Source: a virus
Taxonomy: Duplodnaviria; Caudoviricetes
DNA: 64,000 nt
Strand: one strand, 5' to 3'
IMG/VR virus record: IMGVR_UViG_3300030620_000004
Coordinates: 22,187 to 86,186 of that record
A program made the position numbers and the translations under genes. Positions 38,222 to 47,905 of this stretch are shown here, piece after piece. The stretch's first letter is position 1. Each line of letters starts with the position of its first letter. The notes below the pieces were generated by a model that had not been told where the DNA came from, searched no databases, and worked only from the letters and a program-made list of their open reading frames with translations.

Positions 38222-38929
38222 TCAGACTGCTTGCGCCGCTGCGTTCAGCACTGCTTGCAGCTGCTCACTTGCCACAGGCGCAACCACGACCTTCACGCGT
38301 GCTCGTGTCACGGCGTCGGCTGCCGCAAACGTCACGGTGCTCTTCGCCAGATTCAGGCGAGCCTGTCCCGCCGCAGGAGCACCGGCACCCGGTACCAGAA
38401 CGATCTTCTTCCCCGTCGCGGTCCCAGCGACCACTTCGACCTCGGCCAAGAGCACGACGCCGAGCAACGTGATGCTGGCCGGCAACGTCAGCACGTTGGC
38501 GACCACCGGAAAGAACGACTCGACGACGTCTCCGCCTTCGGGCTGGTAGCTCACGTCGAGGTCAGTCCACGCATCGGCTGCAAGCACGACGATGTTCCCG
38601 TTCGGGCCCACCGCGATTTCACCCGCACCGGGCGTGGTGCCAGATGCGACGATTGCCAGGACACCGAGAGTACCAGCCCCGGCGCGAGCGTACGCGCGCA
38701 GGATGTTCTGGGCCTTGGCCTTGTCCGGCATCACCAGTGCGTCGAGCGTCGCCAGGTTGTAGGGGCTTGCCCCCGCTGCGTCCGGGTTCGTCTTGCGCAA
38801 GTGTTGCGGAAGGTGCCCCGCCAGGAGGTCGCCGACCTTCGCGAGCCTGAACAAGTCAGGCAGACTGTTCGGGTTCGCACGGTTGAACGAGGTGTGGTTG
38901 GTGTCGTTGGACGTTGCTTCGTTGGCCAT
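38222..38929 (-). CDS. Capsid decoration-like protein
   Basis: Ala/Val/Gly-rich beta-type sequence in the head module. Confidence 0.5.
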   Translation of the reverse strand: MANEATSNDTNHTSFNRANPNSLPDLFRLAKVGDLLAGHLPQHLRKTNPDAAGASPYNLATLDALVMPDKAKAQNILRAYARAGAGTLGVLAIVASGTTPGAGEIAVGPNGNIVVLAADAWTDLDVSYQPEGGDVVESFFPVVANVLTLPASITLLGVVLLAEVEVVAGTATGKKIVLVPGAGAPAAGQARLNLAKSTVTFAAADAVTRARVKVVVAPVASEQLQAVLNAAAQAV

Positions 38930-39028
38930 TTGGGGTCTCCGTCGTTTCTCCACTGCCGAGGCACGCCGAACGATGCGCGCTGGGAAGGTTTGCGAATCTC
39001 ACAGCTCAGCAGGACTGCGAGAGGTGAA

Positions 39029-39433
39029 TCAGTTACCGCTTGCGAAATACTCGAGTTTCGTGCTCGCTGCAACTTCGAGCAAGGTCACAGCCTTGTTGTC
39101 CGGGAACTCTGCCATGTAGAGCCCGCGATGATGCGAGGTCGAGACGGTGCTCCCACCCAACCCGTCGTCTTGAGTAACTCGCAAGTCGAAGTCACTCTCG
39201 GCTCGGATGTAGATGAAGTTCGCCTTGGGCACGTCTCGGGTCAGCCCGACTGCCGACAGCACAACGAACACGCTGGCGTCGGTCAGGATGCGCGTCAGGA
39301 TGCCCGACGCGACCTGGAACCCCTTCGGGCTCTGGCTGAGTCCAAGGGGCGTCTGGAACTGGGCCGCTGGGAAGACCGTGCCTCCCGTTGGCGGCCCGCC
39401 GAGCAGGGTGCCCGAAACCGAAATCTGGCCCAT
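39029..39433 (-). CDS. Hypothetical head-module protein
   Basis: 134-aa ORF with RBS. Confidence 0.55.
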   Translation of the reverse strand: MGQISVSGTLLGGPPTGGTVFPAAQFQTPLGLSQSPKGFQVASGILTRILTDASVFVVLSAVGLTRDVPKANFIYIRAESDFDLRVTQDDGLGGSTVSTSHHRGLYMAEFPDNKAVTLLEVAASTKLEYFASGN

Positions 39434-39443
39434 GGTTTACCTC

Positions 39444-39746
39444 TCACCCGCCGAGGCGAAACGGCTTCGCACCGTTGCCGATTGACCCAACGCCGACGTC
39501 AGGACCAGGCGAAGCTTGCACCTTAGGGATGAGCCCACCGGCTGCCGCATCGTCGGTGCTGCGGTCTGCGCCAGCTTCACGGGCGCCTTGCGGCGGTGGC
39601 TGCTGGTCGTCGAAGCGACGGCCGCTCCCGCTCGCTGCGCTTCCACGAGGGTTGGTCAGGAAGTTGTTTCCGGGCATTGCCTTGTCTCCTTTACCAGCAC
39701 CGTTTCCAAACGGATTGGTGCTGCCGTTTCCAGGCTCAGTCGCCAT
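39444..39746 (-). CDS. Small Gly/Pro-rich protein
   Basis: RBS present; ends KPFRLGG. Confidence 0.5.
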   Translation of the reverse strand: MATEPGNGSTNPFGNGAGKGDKAMPGNNFLTNPRGSAASGSGRRFDDQQPPPQGAREAGADRSTDDAAAGGLIPKVQASPGPDVGVGSIGNGAKPFRLGG

Positions 39747-39754
39747 GGGTCACC

Positions 39755-40009
39755 TCACTTTACGTTGAACCCGCTCTTGACGGGCGTAATTGCGGGGTAG
39801 GGGTTGTCTTGTCCCGTCAACTTGGCGGACCCCTGGCCGATTCCAGGTGCCCACCCGCTCATGGTCTGCTGGTCGTTGATCGCCGGTTTCTTCTCTGCGA
39901 GCGGGTTCGCAGGCACAGCGTCAGGACGCGCATATCGCCCGACAACGTCGCGCGTCTGCGAGCTGCCACCTTGCCCGTCGAGTCTGAACGGTCTGCGAGC
40001 TGTTGCCAT
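39755..40009 (-). CDS. Small Gly/Pro-rich protein
   Basis: Start MATARRPFRLDG. Confidence 0.5.
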   Translation of the reverse strand: MATARRPFRLDGQGGSSQTRDVVGRYARPDAVPANPLAEKKPAINDQQTMSGWAPGIGQGSAKLTGQDNPYPAITPVKSGFNVK

Positions 40010-40020
40010 GGGTCCTAAAG

Positions 40021-41067
40021 CTACGCCGGTTTTCCAATCGTGTCGAGTGGTACCGTCGTCATCAAAGGCCGAGGCGGCATCGCACGCTTGTTGCCCTCGA
40101 GTGCCCACCGCGCGGCCACCTCGGCATCGCTCTTCCACTCGAGTGCTGCTGGCAATGGCCAGTCGACGTTGTGCGGCACCACCGTCTCGCGGTCGTTTGG
40201 GCGTGCGGGCGGGTGTTGCATGCGCCCGTACCACGTCTCGAACGCCTCATGCGGACGCCGAATCTGACCATGTACCGCGTACGAATCTGCGGCCGTGCGG
40301 CTGTCGAAAGTCGCAACCAGAACCTTCAACATGCCACCGCCGACTTCTCGGTTCACCGCCCGGATACCCTCGAACTGAGCACGGTTGTGCGCCCCCATGA
40401 GCTCAGTGCGCACGATACGTTCAGCCCAGTACGCAGGTTGCTCCTGCAAGAACGGGCTGTCGGCAATGAGCTCCTTTCGCACATCGGCCCACGGCACCTT
40501 GGCGAGAAACCGCATCTGCAGCCGTTCCTCGAAGCGCTGCACGGTCTCCACCCCATAGCGTTCGAGGATGCCTGGGCCCTTCACTGAATCCCCAAGCAAC
40601 CGGCGCAAGATGCTGCTCTCAGTGCCCTTGACGGCGTGGTCGAGCACCTGCGCTTCTCGAATCGGCAGCCGCTGGGCGATGCCAGTGAACCGCTGATCAG
40701 CACGCTGAATGTACTCGAGCGTATGCTTGGCGGCCTGCTCGGCAGTGCGCTTCCCGTCGTCGACGACGACGTCGCGCACCCCTCGCTGCACTTCACCAAC
40801 GGCAAGCTTCAACTGAGCCAGGGTTGTTCTGAGCTGAGCAGCTGTGAAGCTGTCGGCGCCTGCCCCTCGCAACCCCTCGACTTGACGCAGCCGTCGATTC
40901 AGTTTGGCCTGGGCCGATTTGAGCAATCCTACGGTCTGCTCGACACCTTTAGTGCGTGCAAGCTCGAGCGCCTGCGTACGGTCAGACTTGAGCAGGTGCA
41001 GCGGATTCGGTTTCGGACGTCTCGCCACCTTCTCCCTCCATTGGCTCCGAGCCATCGGGGAGTTCAT
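40021..41067 (-). CDS. Phage Mu F-like minor head protein
   Basis: AERIVRTELMGAHN..ATFDSRT..HGQI..HPPARPNDRET; follows the portal. Confidence 0.85.
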   Translation of the reverse strand: MNSPMARSQWREKVARRPKPNPLHLLKSDRTQALELARTKGVEQTVGLLKSAQAKLNRRLRQVEGLRGAGADSFTAAQLRTTLAQLKLAVGEVQRGVRDVVVDDGKRTAEQAAKHTLEYIQRADQRFTGIAQRLPIREAQVLDHAVKGTESSILRRLLGDSVKGPGILERYGVETVQRFEERLQMRFLAKVPWADVRKELIADSPFLQEQPAYWAERIVRTELMGAHNRAQFEGIRAVNREVGGGMLKVLVATFDSRTAADSYAVHGQIRRPHEAFETWYGRMQHPPARPNDRETVVPHNVDWPLPAALEWKSDAEVAARWALEGNKRAMPPRPLMTTVPLDTIGKPA

Positions 41068-42820
41068 CCCCCGTAGTCACCTCACCTGCAGCGCTCGGAA
41101 ACATCGACGACTCGCCTTGACGGCGTTGCTGCTGCTCTGCTCGCAACCGGCTCCACTCGTCTTGCGGGTCCCGTTGCATTGCCGTCGCCAACTGCTCGAC
41201 TGCCGTCTGCTGACTCATCACCGGCTTACCACCAGTCGACAGCGTCAACGCCGTCGCTTCCTTCTGGTGGTCGTCGCTCGTCTGCTTGAAGTAGTCGGGC
41301 CACTCGAGCCACAAGTCACCTTCACCCGGCACGTGCGGCGACGTCTGCACCGTGAACTTGCCGGTGCCGTTGCCCTGTTCGTCGAGCACCTCCACCTTGT
41401 CGCGCTTGGGTGGCAGCACGACGGTGTACTCGACTTCGTCCGCCATCGGGTGTCCCGCATCGTCGAGCAACGGGTCGCCCGCTTCATCGACGTGCTCCTC
41501 GACGATCGTGCCTCCAACGTTCAGTCGCCTCGCTGTGCGAAGCATCCCTTCCAAGAGCCGAACAATCGCCTCGCCGTACTGGTCCCGCATGATGTCACCC
41601 TTGGCGAGCATCGGCGCGTACACGATCTTGAGCGCGACCGACGACGTCGCACTGCCGACGACTTCGTCCGGGTCAGGCACCACGCACTGGCAGGTCTCCA
41701 ACACCTGCTCACGCTGCTTGTCGATCGTCGCATGGCCTGCCGTGACCGCAGTCCCGCCGAGCTCTAGGTAACTGGCGTCGCCCGACAGCCCCGTCACGAT
41801 GGCATTCTCCGAGCCTTTCTTCACGAGCGCTTGCCCAACCTCCTCACGCTCCATTTTGAGCTTCAACGTCGGGTCGAGGTTCAGCGTCACGCCCTTCACG
41901 TTCACCGAGTTGAGCAGGTCGATTGCATCGAGCTGCTCGTAGGTTTCGGCGTAGTCGGGCTGGCCGTCAATACTCGTCGTGTCGTCGTCGGGAAGGTTCT
42001 GCACCCATACGAAGTGGCAGAACCCGTCCTTGTGCATCGACGAACCCTTCTCGTCGACATGCCAAGCTGGGTTGTCCTTCGCAACCTCCTGCTCTACGAA
42101 CTCGATGTCGGCTTCCTCCGTCCAGTCCCGACGGTGCCAGAAAAACTTGCGTTCGTAGCGCTTCTTGCTCTCGACCCAGATGTCCTTGGGGAACTGGTAC
42201 AGCTCGATCACATGCGACGGCACAAGCTCGTCCTCATCTTCCCACTTGGCAACGTACAGGTGCTTGGCAGCGTGCACACGAACTCGAGGCCGTCCGTCCT
42301 TGAACCCCCAGGAGATGCCAAGCGAACCACTCGCGCCGCCGAGGTTCCGAGCGCGAATCATCTTGGTCTTCAGCTTCGTCGCCTTGACCAACGCTTCCGC
42401 AAAGTCCTGCGTGTGTGAGTCGTCGCTTCGAAGCGACGGCCATCGCCCGTGACCGAAGGTGAGCGTGGTGAACGCACCCACAATCGTGCGCGCAAGCCGA
42501 TATGGTGCTTGTGGACGCCGCTGGTTCAACGGCACATAGAAGTCCGGCATCGAATTGCCGATGAGTGGCTGCGTCGGATACCGTTGCGGCTGCTGCATCG
42601 CCCCGTTCCAGTCGAACGTCTTCCAGTCGTGCTGCCGGCACTGGTAGTAGTTCTCGCGGAAAGTCAGCTCCCTCGTGCGCTGGCTGTTTACGATCTGCAG
42701 CGCCGGGAAGTCGGGTCCGAGCGTCGTGTTGTCCAGTCCGAACGAGCTCACGACCGCGAGCGCCGTCCCCTGGCGAACGGGCAGATGCGGTCCGGAGGGA
42801 GATGACAACGGCGAGGGCAT
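40982..42820 (-). CDS. Portal protein
   Basis: About 610 aa; LARTIVGAFTTLTFG..RNLGGASG..SGVALKIVY-like ATSSVALKIVYAPM..LEWPDYF; upstream of Mu F-like gene. Confidence 0.8.
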   Translation of the reverse strand: MPSPLSSPSGPHLPVRQGTALAVVSSFGLDNTTLGPDFPALQIVNSQRTRELTFRENYYQCRQHDWKTFDWNGAMQQPQRYPTQPLIGNSMPDFYVPLNQRRPQAPYRLARTIVGAFTTLTFGHGRWPSLRSDDSHTQDFAEALVKATKLKTKMIRARNLGGASGSLGISWGFKDGRPRVRVHAAKHLYVAKWEDEDELVPSHVIELYQFPKDIWVESKKRYERKFFWHRRDWTEEADIEFVEQEVAKDNPAWHVDEKGSSMHKDGFCHFVWVQNLPDDDTTSIDGQPDYAETYEQLDAIDLLNSVNVKGVTLNLDPTLKLKMEREEVGQALVKKGSENAIVTGLSGDASYLELGGTAVTAGHATIDKQREQVLETCQCVVPDPDEVVGSATSSVALKIVYAPMLAKGDIMRDQYGEAIVRLLEGMLRTARRLNVGGTIVEEHVDEAGDPLLDDAGHPMADEVEYTVVLPPKRDKVEVLDEQGNGTGKFTVQTSPHVPGEGDLWLEWPDYFKQTSDDHQKEATALTLSTGGKPVMSQQTAVEQLATAMQRDPQDEWSRLRAEQQQRRQGESSMFPSAAGEVTTGDELPDGSEPMEGEGGETSETESAAPAQV

Positions 42821-42842
42821 GCTTGCAACGATAGCCGAAATG

Positions 42843-43103
42843 CTAGTCCCAGTCACCCTTCACCCGTCGAAGGCGCTCCTCGATGCTGCCCTCCAACGGC
42901 TTCGGCTTCTCGGGATTGCGTTGAGGCAAAGGCCGTTGCAAGTCCACCCGCATCTCGACGGCTTTCGGTGACAGCTCCACGTCGGGCAGGATGTCGCCGG
43001 GCGGCTCGCGCCGAAACGACGTCTGCCCTTCGAGCTTGAATGCCGCACGAGCGAACAACTCAGAGAGCTTCAAGCTCGCATCGATCAGCCAGCTTCGGAC
43101 CAT
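42843..43103 (-). CDS. Hypothetical protein
   Basis: Plausible 3' part of track ORF 42843-43346. Confidence 0.45.
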   Translation of the reverse strand: MVRSWLIDASLKLSELFARAAFKLEGQTSFRREPPGDILPDVELSPKAVEMRVDLQRPLPQRNPEKPKPLEGSIEERLRRVKGDWD

Positions 43104-43639
43104 CTGTAGTCTTCCGTGTGCTGCGAGAGTGCGGACCACTTCACCCGCACGTTGTTTCCGACGACGTACAAGTCCGTGAACAAGAGACCATCTGTCGTCA
43201 CGTCGAACCGACTCTTGCCGTACACCGTCGCCCCGCCACGCTCGTCGAATTTCGGCGTCTGGTTCACGAACTCGACCTGACTCATGCCGCGCCCGAGCCC
43301 CCGCTGGTTGTCCGGGCTGTGCACCAGCCGCATCTTGGCCGACCATTGTTCACCCGGTTTGATCACCTCAAGCCTCGCCGCCCAGTAGACGAACCGACAG
43401 GTGTTGGTGACGTGCAAGAGCATCGGGCACCCCCTCTCGCCTACCGAACGCTCGAAGCGCCAGCCACGGCCGAAATGCACGAGCACAAACCCAGTCACGG
43501 CGAGTTTCGGCAGCTCGACGTCGAATGGCAGGAGCGCGACGTGGTGTCGCTTGAGCTGCGCAACTTCGTTCGCGCCTTCCACCACAGTGCCAGGCTCGAG
43601 TGACCGCGATGGGTCCTCGCACACGATTGCATTCATCAT
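43085..43639 (-). CDS. Hypothetical protein
   Basis: 184-aa ORF with RBS (AGGAGG). Confidence 0.6.
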   Translation of the reverse strand: MMNAIVCEDPSRSLEPGTVVEGANEVAQLKRHHVALLPFDVELPKLAVTGFVLVHFGRGWRFERSVGERGCPMLLHVTNTCRFVYWAARLEVIKPGEQWSAKMRLVHSPDNQRGLGRGMSQVEFVNQTPKFDERGGATVYGKSRFDVTTDGLLFTDLYVVGNNVRVKWSALSQHTEDYRWSEAG

Positions 43640-43676
43640 CAGCTTCCTCCTAACGGGTTACTGCGAGTGGACGGCC

Positions 43677-43946
43677 TCACTCGCACGTTCTGGCTTCTGC
43701 ACACGTCTCGGCGGCAAGCGTGCACTCCACGTTGCCGACCAAGTCGATACCTTCCTTGGCTGCGTTGTTCAACACTTCTTCACACGTGCTGCCCTCGGGT
43801 GTCGGCTGCCCTTCCTCGCACTCGAGCACCCGCAGCTTCTCGCAGACCCGCTCGACGTCGCCCTTGGGCGGCTCGACAGGCTCCGGCGGGGGAACCAACA
43901 CCGGGTGCGTACAGCCGCACACCAGCGCCAAGACCAGCAGCTTCAC
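43677..43946 (-). CDS. Cys-rich lipoprotein
   Basis: MKLLVLALVCGC signal/lipobox plus six further Cys; GTGA-coupled to the protease. Confidence 0.7.
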   Translation of the reverse strand: MKLLVLALVCGCTHPVLVPPPEPVEPPKGDVERVCEKLRVLECEEGQPTPEGSTCEEVLNNAAKEGIDLVGNVECTLAAETCAEARTCE

Positions 43947-44728
43947 GCAGCCTCCGAGAAGTATTGGGGTGTCTTGATCGCCCACTGGTCAAGTGCCCAG
44001 TCGAGGATGTACTGCCAACTGAGTCTGAACCACCCGCGCTGCCCCCACGAGCGCCCCCACGTCTGCGGCCCGTACACCCCTTGCTCGGTGTAGCCGAGCG
44101 CACACATCGCATGCCCATCCACCAACTGCGAGTCGAGCATCGGGCTCTTGATGTACCCGACGCCATCCCACTTGAAGAATGCCCGTTCGATCGGAACACC
44201 AAACACGACAGGATGCCCGCTCGAGATCGCTCGCTTCCAGCTCAGCACCCGCTCGTCACCGAGCCCCGTCACCCGGTAGTATTCGAGGTCGCTCAGCCGC
44301 TGGTCGATGGCTTTCTGAAACGCAAGCCTCGACGGCCGCTGGTTGTACCCTCGCAAGTCAGCACCACCGGTACCCGGATACGTCACGTCAGGACAGAAGC
44401 CGAGCTCCCGCATTTGCTTCAGCGCCGTCCGGATGTAGGTCCCAGCGTTGTTGAACTCGGAGCCGTGCGTGTGTCGCGAGCACCACCAGATGAACAAGGG
44501 GCTCGCAAGAAACGGCGTTTCGATACCGCTCGCCCGCCAGCCTGCGTAGAGCGCCTCGCTAAGCGAGAAGCCAACGCAGCTCTCGGCTTTCTGTTCGAGC
44601 AGGATGTCGAACATCGTGGCGAGCTCGTGGTGCTCTGCCGGCGGCTCCGTCGCACCAAGTACAGGCAGGCGCTCGAACACTCGATCGCGCACGTCGGGCA
44701 GGTCTCGAACGTAGCCGGTCGAAAACAT
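43943..44728 (-). CDS. Papain-like (C1 family) cysteine peptidase
   Basis: GYVRDLPDVRD; QKAESCVGF; SPLFIWW; GHAMCALGY; QTWGRSWGQRGWF. Confidence 0.85.
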   Translation of the reverse strand: MFSTGYVRDLPDVRDRVFERLPVLGATEPPAEHHELATMFDILLEQKAESCVGFSLSEALYAGWRASGIETPFLASPLFIWWCSRHTHGSEFNNAGTYIRTALKQMRELGFCPDVTYPGTGGADLRGYNQRPSRLAFQKAIDQRLSDLEYYRVTGLGDERVLSWKRAISSGHPVVFGVPIERAFFKWDGVGYIKSPMLDSQLVDGHAMCALGYTEQGVYGPQTWGRSWGQRGWFRLSWQYILDWALDQWAIKTPQYFSEAA

Positions 44729-45043
44729 CAGGACGACTCTACCACGCCGGGAAACTCGGCGTTAGTCATCGCAGCCGCCATCTCGTGCGCAGTCCACGCC
44801 GCACAGCACGCATGCGGGTGAATCGCACCAGGGTCATCGCCGTCCGGCATCCTCGATGAACATCGGGCAGTCCCGACACTGGTACTGCGTCTGCATGCCG
44901 CTCCGTTCGTCCGGCAGCACATGCAGGTACAAGACCCCCTGCTTCGACACCCGCACCGCACGACGCTCGAGGGGCGCCTCGACTGGCTCTTCCCCTTGTC
45001 CGCCACTCTCTCGTCGTGCCCAAGCTTCAAGCGGGGTTGCCAT
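44728..45043 (-). pseudogene. Small Cys-rich (HiPIP-like pattern) gene split over two frames
   Basis: QCRDCPMF in 44834-45043; AIHPHACCAAW in a different frame ending at 44728. Confidence 0.4.
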
Positions 45044-45052
45044 CGAAGCACC

Positions 45053-45081
45053 ATCTTACTGCCTCGCAGGAAACCGCACAA
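45053..45081 (-). promoter_or_regulatory. Sigma70-like promoter
   Basis: TTGTGC-17 nt-TAAGAT, 9 nt before the ATG at 45043. Confidence 0.55.
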
Positions 45082-45104
45082 GCAACCACTCACCAGCCAG
45101 CGTC

Positions 45105-45134
45105 CGGCAATGGAAACCCGGGTTTCCATTGCCG
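45105..45134. repeat. Dispersed palindrome copy 6 (core 45110-45129)
   Basis: CGGCA-ATGGAAACCCGGGTTTCCAT-TGCCG. Confidence 0.95.
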
Positions 45135-45139
45135 ACCCT

Positions 45140-45490
45140 TCACGGTGTCGCTGCGCGCCCCTCCACAGACTCGAAGTACCCACGGGCCATCCGCTCGCTT
45201 GCCCCTTCGAGCTCGCTCGCCATCGCACTCCGGGGGATGCGCCCAGTGTGCAAGTAAGTGGTGAACATCGCATCCGCGTCCGTCGTCTCGTCGATGATGA
45301 CGAAACTCAGCAGCTTCTCGTCGATGAACACCTGCACCGCCCACACCTTGCTCGGCACCGCAGCCTTGCGCCGCAAGAACTCGATCCCGTCGACCTCGAC
45401 TGCGAGCACCAGGTCGACGAGCCCGAACAACAGCACTGACCCGCTCTGCTGCTTCGCAACACTAGCCTCCAACTGGTACCGCCTGCTCAC
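45140..45490 (-). CDS. Hypothetical protein
   Basis: Operon-like packing. Confidence 0.55.
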   Translation of the reverse strand: MSRRYQLEASVAKQQSGSVLLFGLVDLVLAVEVDGIEFLRRKAAVPSKVWAVQVFIDEKLLSFVIIDETTDADAMFTTYLHTGRIPRSAMASELEGASERMARGYFESVEGRAATP

Positions 45491-46043
45491 CGCCGAGTTG
45501 TATCACACTCAGCTGCATGTTCACCCGGTTTGCGACCTCGCCCACCTTGCGCTGCTCGGCGAGCGAAGGGAGCCTCGACTTGAGCTCGCTCATCAGCCTG
45601 AACAACAGAGCAGAAGACTGAAAGACCCCTTCCGCATGCAAGAACCGAACGAGCTTGTCGTCCGGGTCGTCGCAGGTCAGGCGAATGAACACAGTCTCGG
45701 CATCGAGCTCGGTCAACGTGTGCAGAATGTGGGTGAGGCGCCCAAGCATGCTTGCGAGCTCATCGTCCGCAAGCGGCTCATCCGCAAGTCGCAGCACCAT
45801 ACCCGGACGAATCCCGTACTCGCTCTGCAAGGCGAGCCCGACTTGTTGTGCCGACGGCGCGCCGTGCACCTTCGCAACCGTGTAGCGGTACCCGCCGCAT
45901 CGCAGCCTGTCGCCAACCGCAAACCCGGGTAACCTCTGCCGTTGCTGGTCACTCACCAGCGCGATCGAGGGATTGCCTGGATACACCTGCTCTACTAGTA
46001 GTCGCATTCGCTTCCTCTGCTTTCTCTTCGAGGTCGAGTTCAT
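45462..46043 (-). CDS. Hypothetical protein
   Basis: Operon-like packing. Confidence 0.55.
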   Translation of the reverse strand: MNSTSKRKQRKRMRLLVEQVYPGNPSIALVSDQQRQRLPGFAVGDRLRCGGYRYTVAKVHGAPSAQQVGLALQSEYGIRPGMVLRLADEPLADDELASMLGRLTHILHTLTELDAETVFIRLTCDDPDDKLVRFLHAEGVFQSSALLFRLMSELKSRLPSLAEQRKVGEVANRVNMQLSVIQLGGEQAVPVGG

Positions 46044-46287
46044 AATCGATCTCAGCTTTCAGCGCCTTGTCGTATTGCGTCCACGCCAATGCGACCGCCG
46101 GCGGTCGCAAGTCGTCCACGTTGGCCCGCAGCTGCTTGAAGAGTAGGCGGGCCTTCTCGTCCGCAGCTTCACGCAAGCGCGCGTGCCGCGGGTCTTTCAA
46201 CGTGCGCATCGAAGCCATGATGCCGCGCTCCGGTGGCATTCCCAACACAGCGTCGAACGCCGCGACCTTTGGGTGCTTCAACCCCAT
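45949..46287 (-). CDS. Hypothetical protein
   Basis: Start MGLKHP; helical sequence. Confidence 0.45.
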   Translation of the reverse strand: MGLKHPKVAAFDAVLGMPPERGIMASMRTLKDPRHARLREAADEKARLLFKQLRANVDDLRPPAVALAWTQYDKALKAEIDYELDLEEKAEEANATTSRAGVSRQSLDRAGE

Positions 46288-46292
46288 CGGGT

Positions 46293-47147
46293 TCACCCCG
46301 GAATGCGCCGTGCTGCCAGCTGCATCTTGGTCACCTGCGCCGTGCTGCCCACCCCTTGCACGTCCACCCACAGCTCGAAGTAGTCACCCTCGACCACGTC
46401 CAGAGGTCCCGCCAGCGCCCCGAAGGCAGTCGCGGCGAGAATGCCCGAGACCGTACACCCGCCAAGCTGAAACGCCGCGGTAGGAGCGCTACCGTTCTTT
46501 CCAAGAGCAAGTTCCGCTTGCCCGCTGGCTCCGCTGAACAGCACCGACGCAAGGCACTGGAACTCAACGCGCCCCGTGAACTCGCACTTGATCCGATTGC
46601 TCTGCCCGTTCGTCGTGAACGACTTGCCGACCGCGTTGCCGGCAACGGTCGTGGTTCCGGGAGCCTTGACCCATGACCCCGCCGCCCCCATTGCAGCCCC
46701 GGGTGTGGTGAGCAGCAGGTAGAGCGAGTCCCCAACCATTTTGCCATACAGCTGTGGGTTCACGCCGTTCACGTCGATCGCTAGAACCGCCGCTGGCGTT
46801 GCCGCTGCGATGATCGCCGCCAGAATGTCAGCCTCGACCGCCCCAAGTTCCATTCTGCGCCGCACCACGTCCAGCACCTTGGTACCAAGCTCCGCGATCT
46901 TTTGAGCGCGAAAGATAGGGAGGTCCACCGCATCCTTCTCGGGCTGCGTCATCTCCTGCGCCTCGAACACGCCGCCCCCAATGTCCACGTAGTTGAGGTG
47001 CGAACGGGGCGGCTGAAACGGCACCCCTGCGCGCACCAAGTCCAGTAGCCCCTGCGGTTCGATCCAGTCCTCGAATGGCAAAGGAACCTCGGACGGGTCC
47101 ACGCTCAAGAGCACCTGTTTCGTCGTCGTGTGTGCGTAGTTGCCCAT
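46293..47147 (-). CDS. Virion fibre-associated protein
   Basis: Beta-sandwich-like C-terminus (GDYFELWV); downstream of the fibre and LamG genes. Confidence 0.55.
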   Translation of the reverse strand: MGNYAHTTTKQVLLSVDPSEVPLPFEDWIEPQGLLDLVRAGVPFQPPRSHLNYVDIGGGVFEAQEMTQPEKDAVDLPIFRAQKIAELGTKVLDVVRRRMELGAVEADILAAIIAAATPAAVLAIDVNGVNPQLYGKMVGDSLYLLLTTPGAAMGAAGSWVKAPGTTTVAGNAVGKSFTTNGQSNRIKCEFTGRVEFQCLASVLFSGASGQAELALGKNGSAPTAAFQLGGCTVSGILAATAFGALAGPLDVVEGDYFELWVDVQGVGSTAQVTKMQLAARRIPG

Positions 47148-47161
47148 GGCTTAACTCTCCT

Positions 47162-47905
47162 TCACTGAACCGGGAACGTCGTCGGGCCCCCTGCCAAGTG
47201 CCTGTCGTACACCGGGCTGTTTACCGTCGTGGCATCGACCACGCCCTGGCCCCACCAGTCGAACAGCGTTCCGGGCGCAATCGGCAGCTCGCCACGCATC
47301 GCCCAGTACGCCCCGGCTGATACCGCGCCGCCGAGCGTCCTCATGTTCTGCACAGCGCCCCGAGTGATGTGCAGATGCCGCATGGTCTGGGCGTCGAGCG
47401 CAGCCGCCCAACAAGCGAGCCCCTCAATGTACCCGTCGAAATGTTGGGTGTTGTCCTGTCGCGCACCAATCGCGTTGTTCGTGCTCGCCGTGTTCGAGCT
47501 GTTCGCAGTCCAACCCGCCGGGGCCGAATTCGCGACCTCGACTCCGTCGATCCAAATCCCAAACGACTGCGTTGCCCACCCACACACGATCCCGAGCGTG
47601 TGCAGATCACCCGCCGCAAGCGTGCCGCCCGCCGAATCAATCTGCTCTCCGGCATCTGCGTCCAAACGCCGCGAGAACCCGCGTAGGTGGCCCCCTGCTC
47701 CACTGTTCCGGTGCGTCAACGTCACCCGAGACGCCGTCGCAACCCCGTTGATCGAAAACACCGCAACCCTGCGCTCGTTGCCCGATGTCGGCACCGAATT
47801 CGGGAGTATCGAGCAGATCATGGTGAAGCCGGCACGGTTCTGCGTCAGTGACGTCGACGGGATTGTCGCGTACTGCGAGCTGGCCGATGCGAAGAGAACC
47901 GACAT
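47162..47905 (-). CDS. LamG/concanavalin A-like domain protein
   Basis: FTMICSI..HTLGIV..IWIDGVEV..NAIGAR..HFDGYIEGLACWAAAL. Confidence 0.8.
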   Translation of the reverse strand: MSVLFASASSQYATIPSTSLTQNRAGFTMICSILPNSVPTSGNERRVAVFSINGVATASRVTLTHRNSGAGGHLRGFSRRLDADAGEQIDSAGGTLAAGDLHTLGIVCGWATQSFGIWIDGVEVANSAPAGWTANSSNTASTNNAIGARQDNTQHFDGYIEGLACWAAALDAQTMRHLHITRGAVQNMRTLGGAVSAGAYWAMRGELPIAPGTLFDWWGQGVVDATTVNSPVYDRHLAGGPTTFPVQ

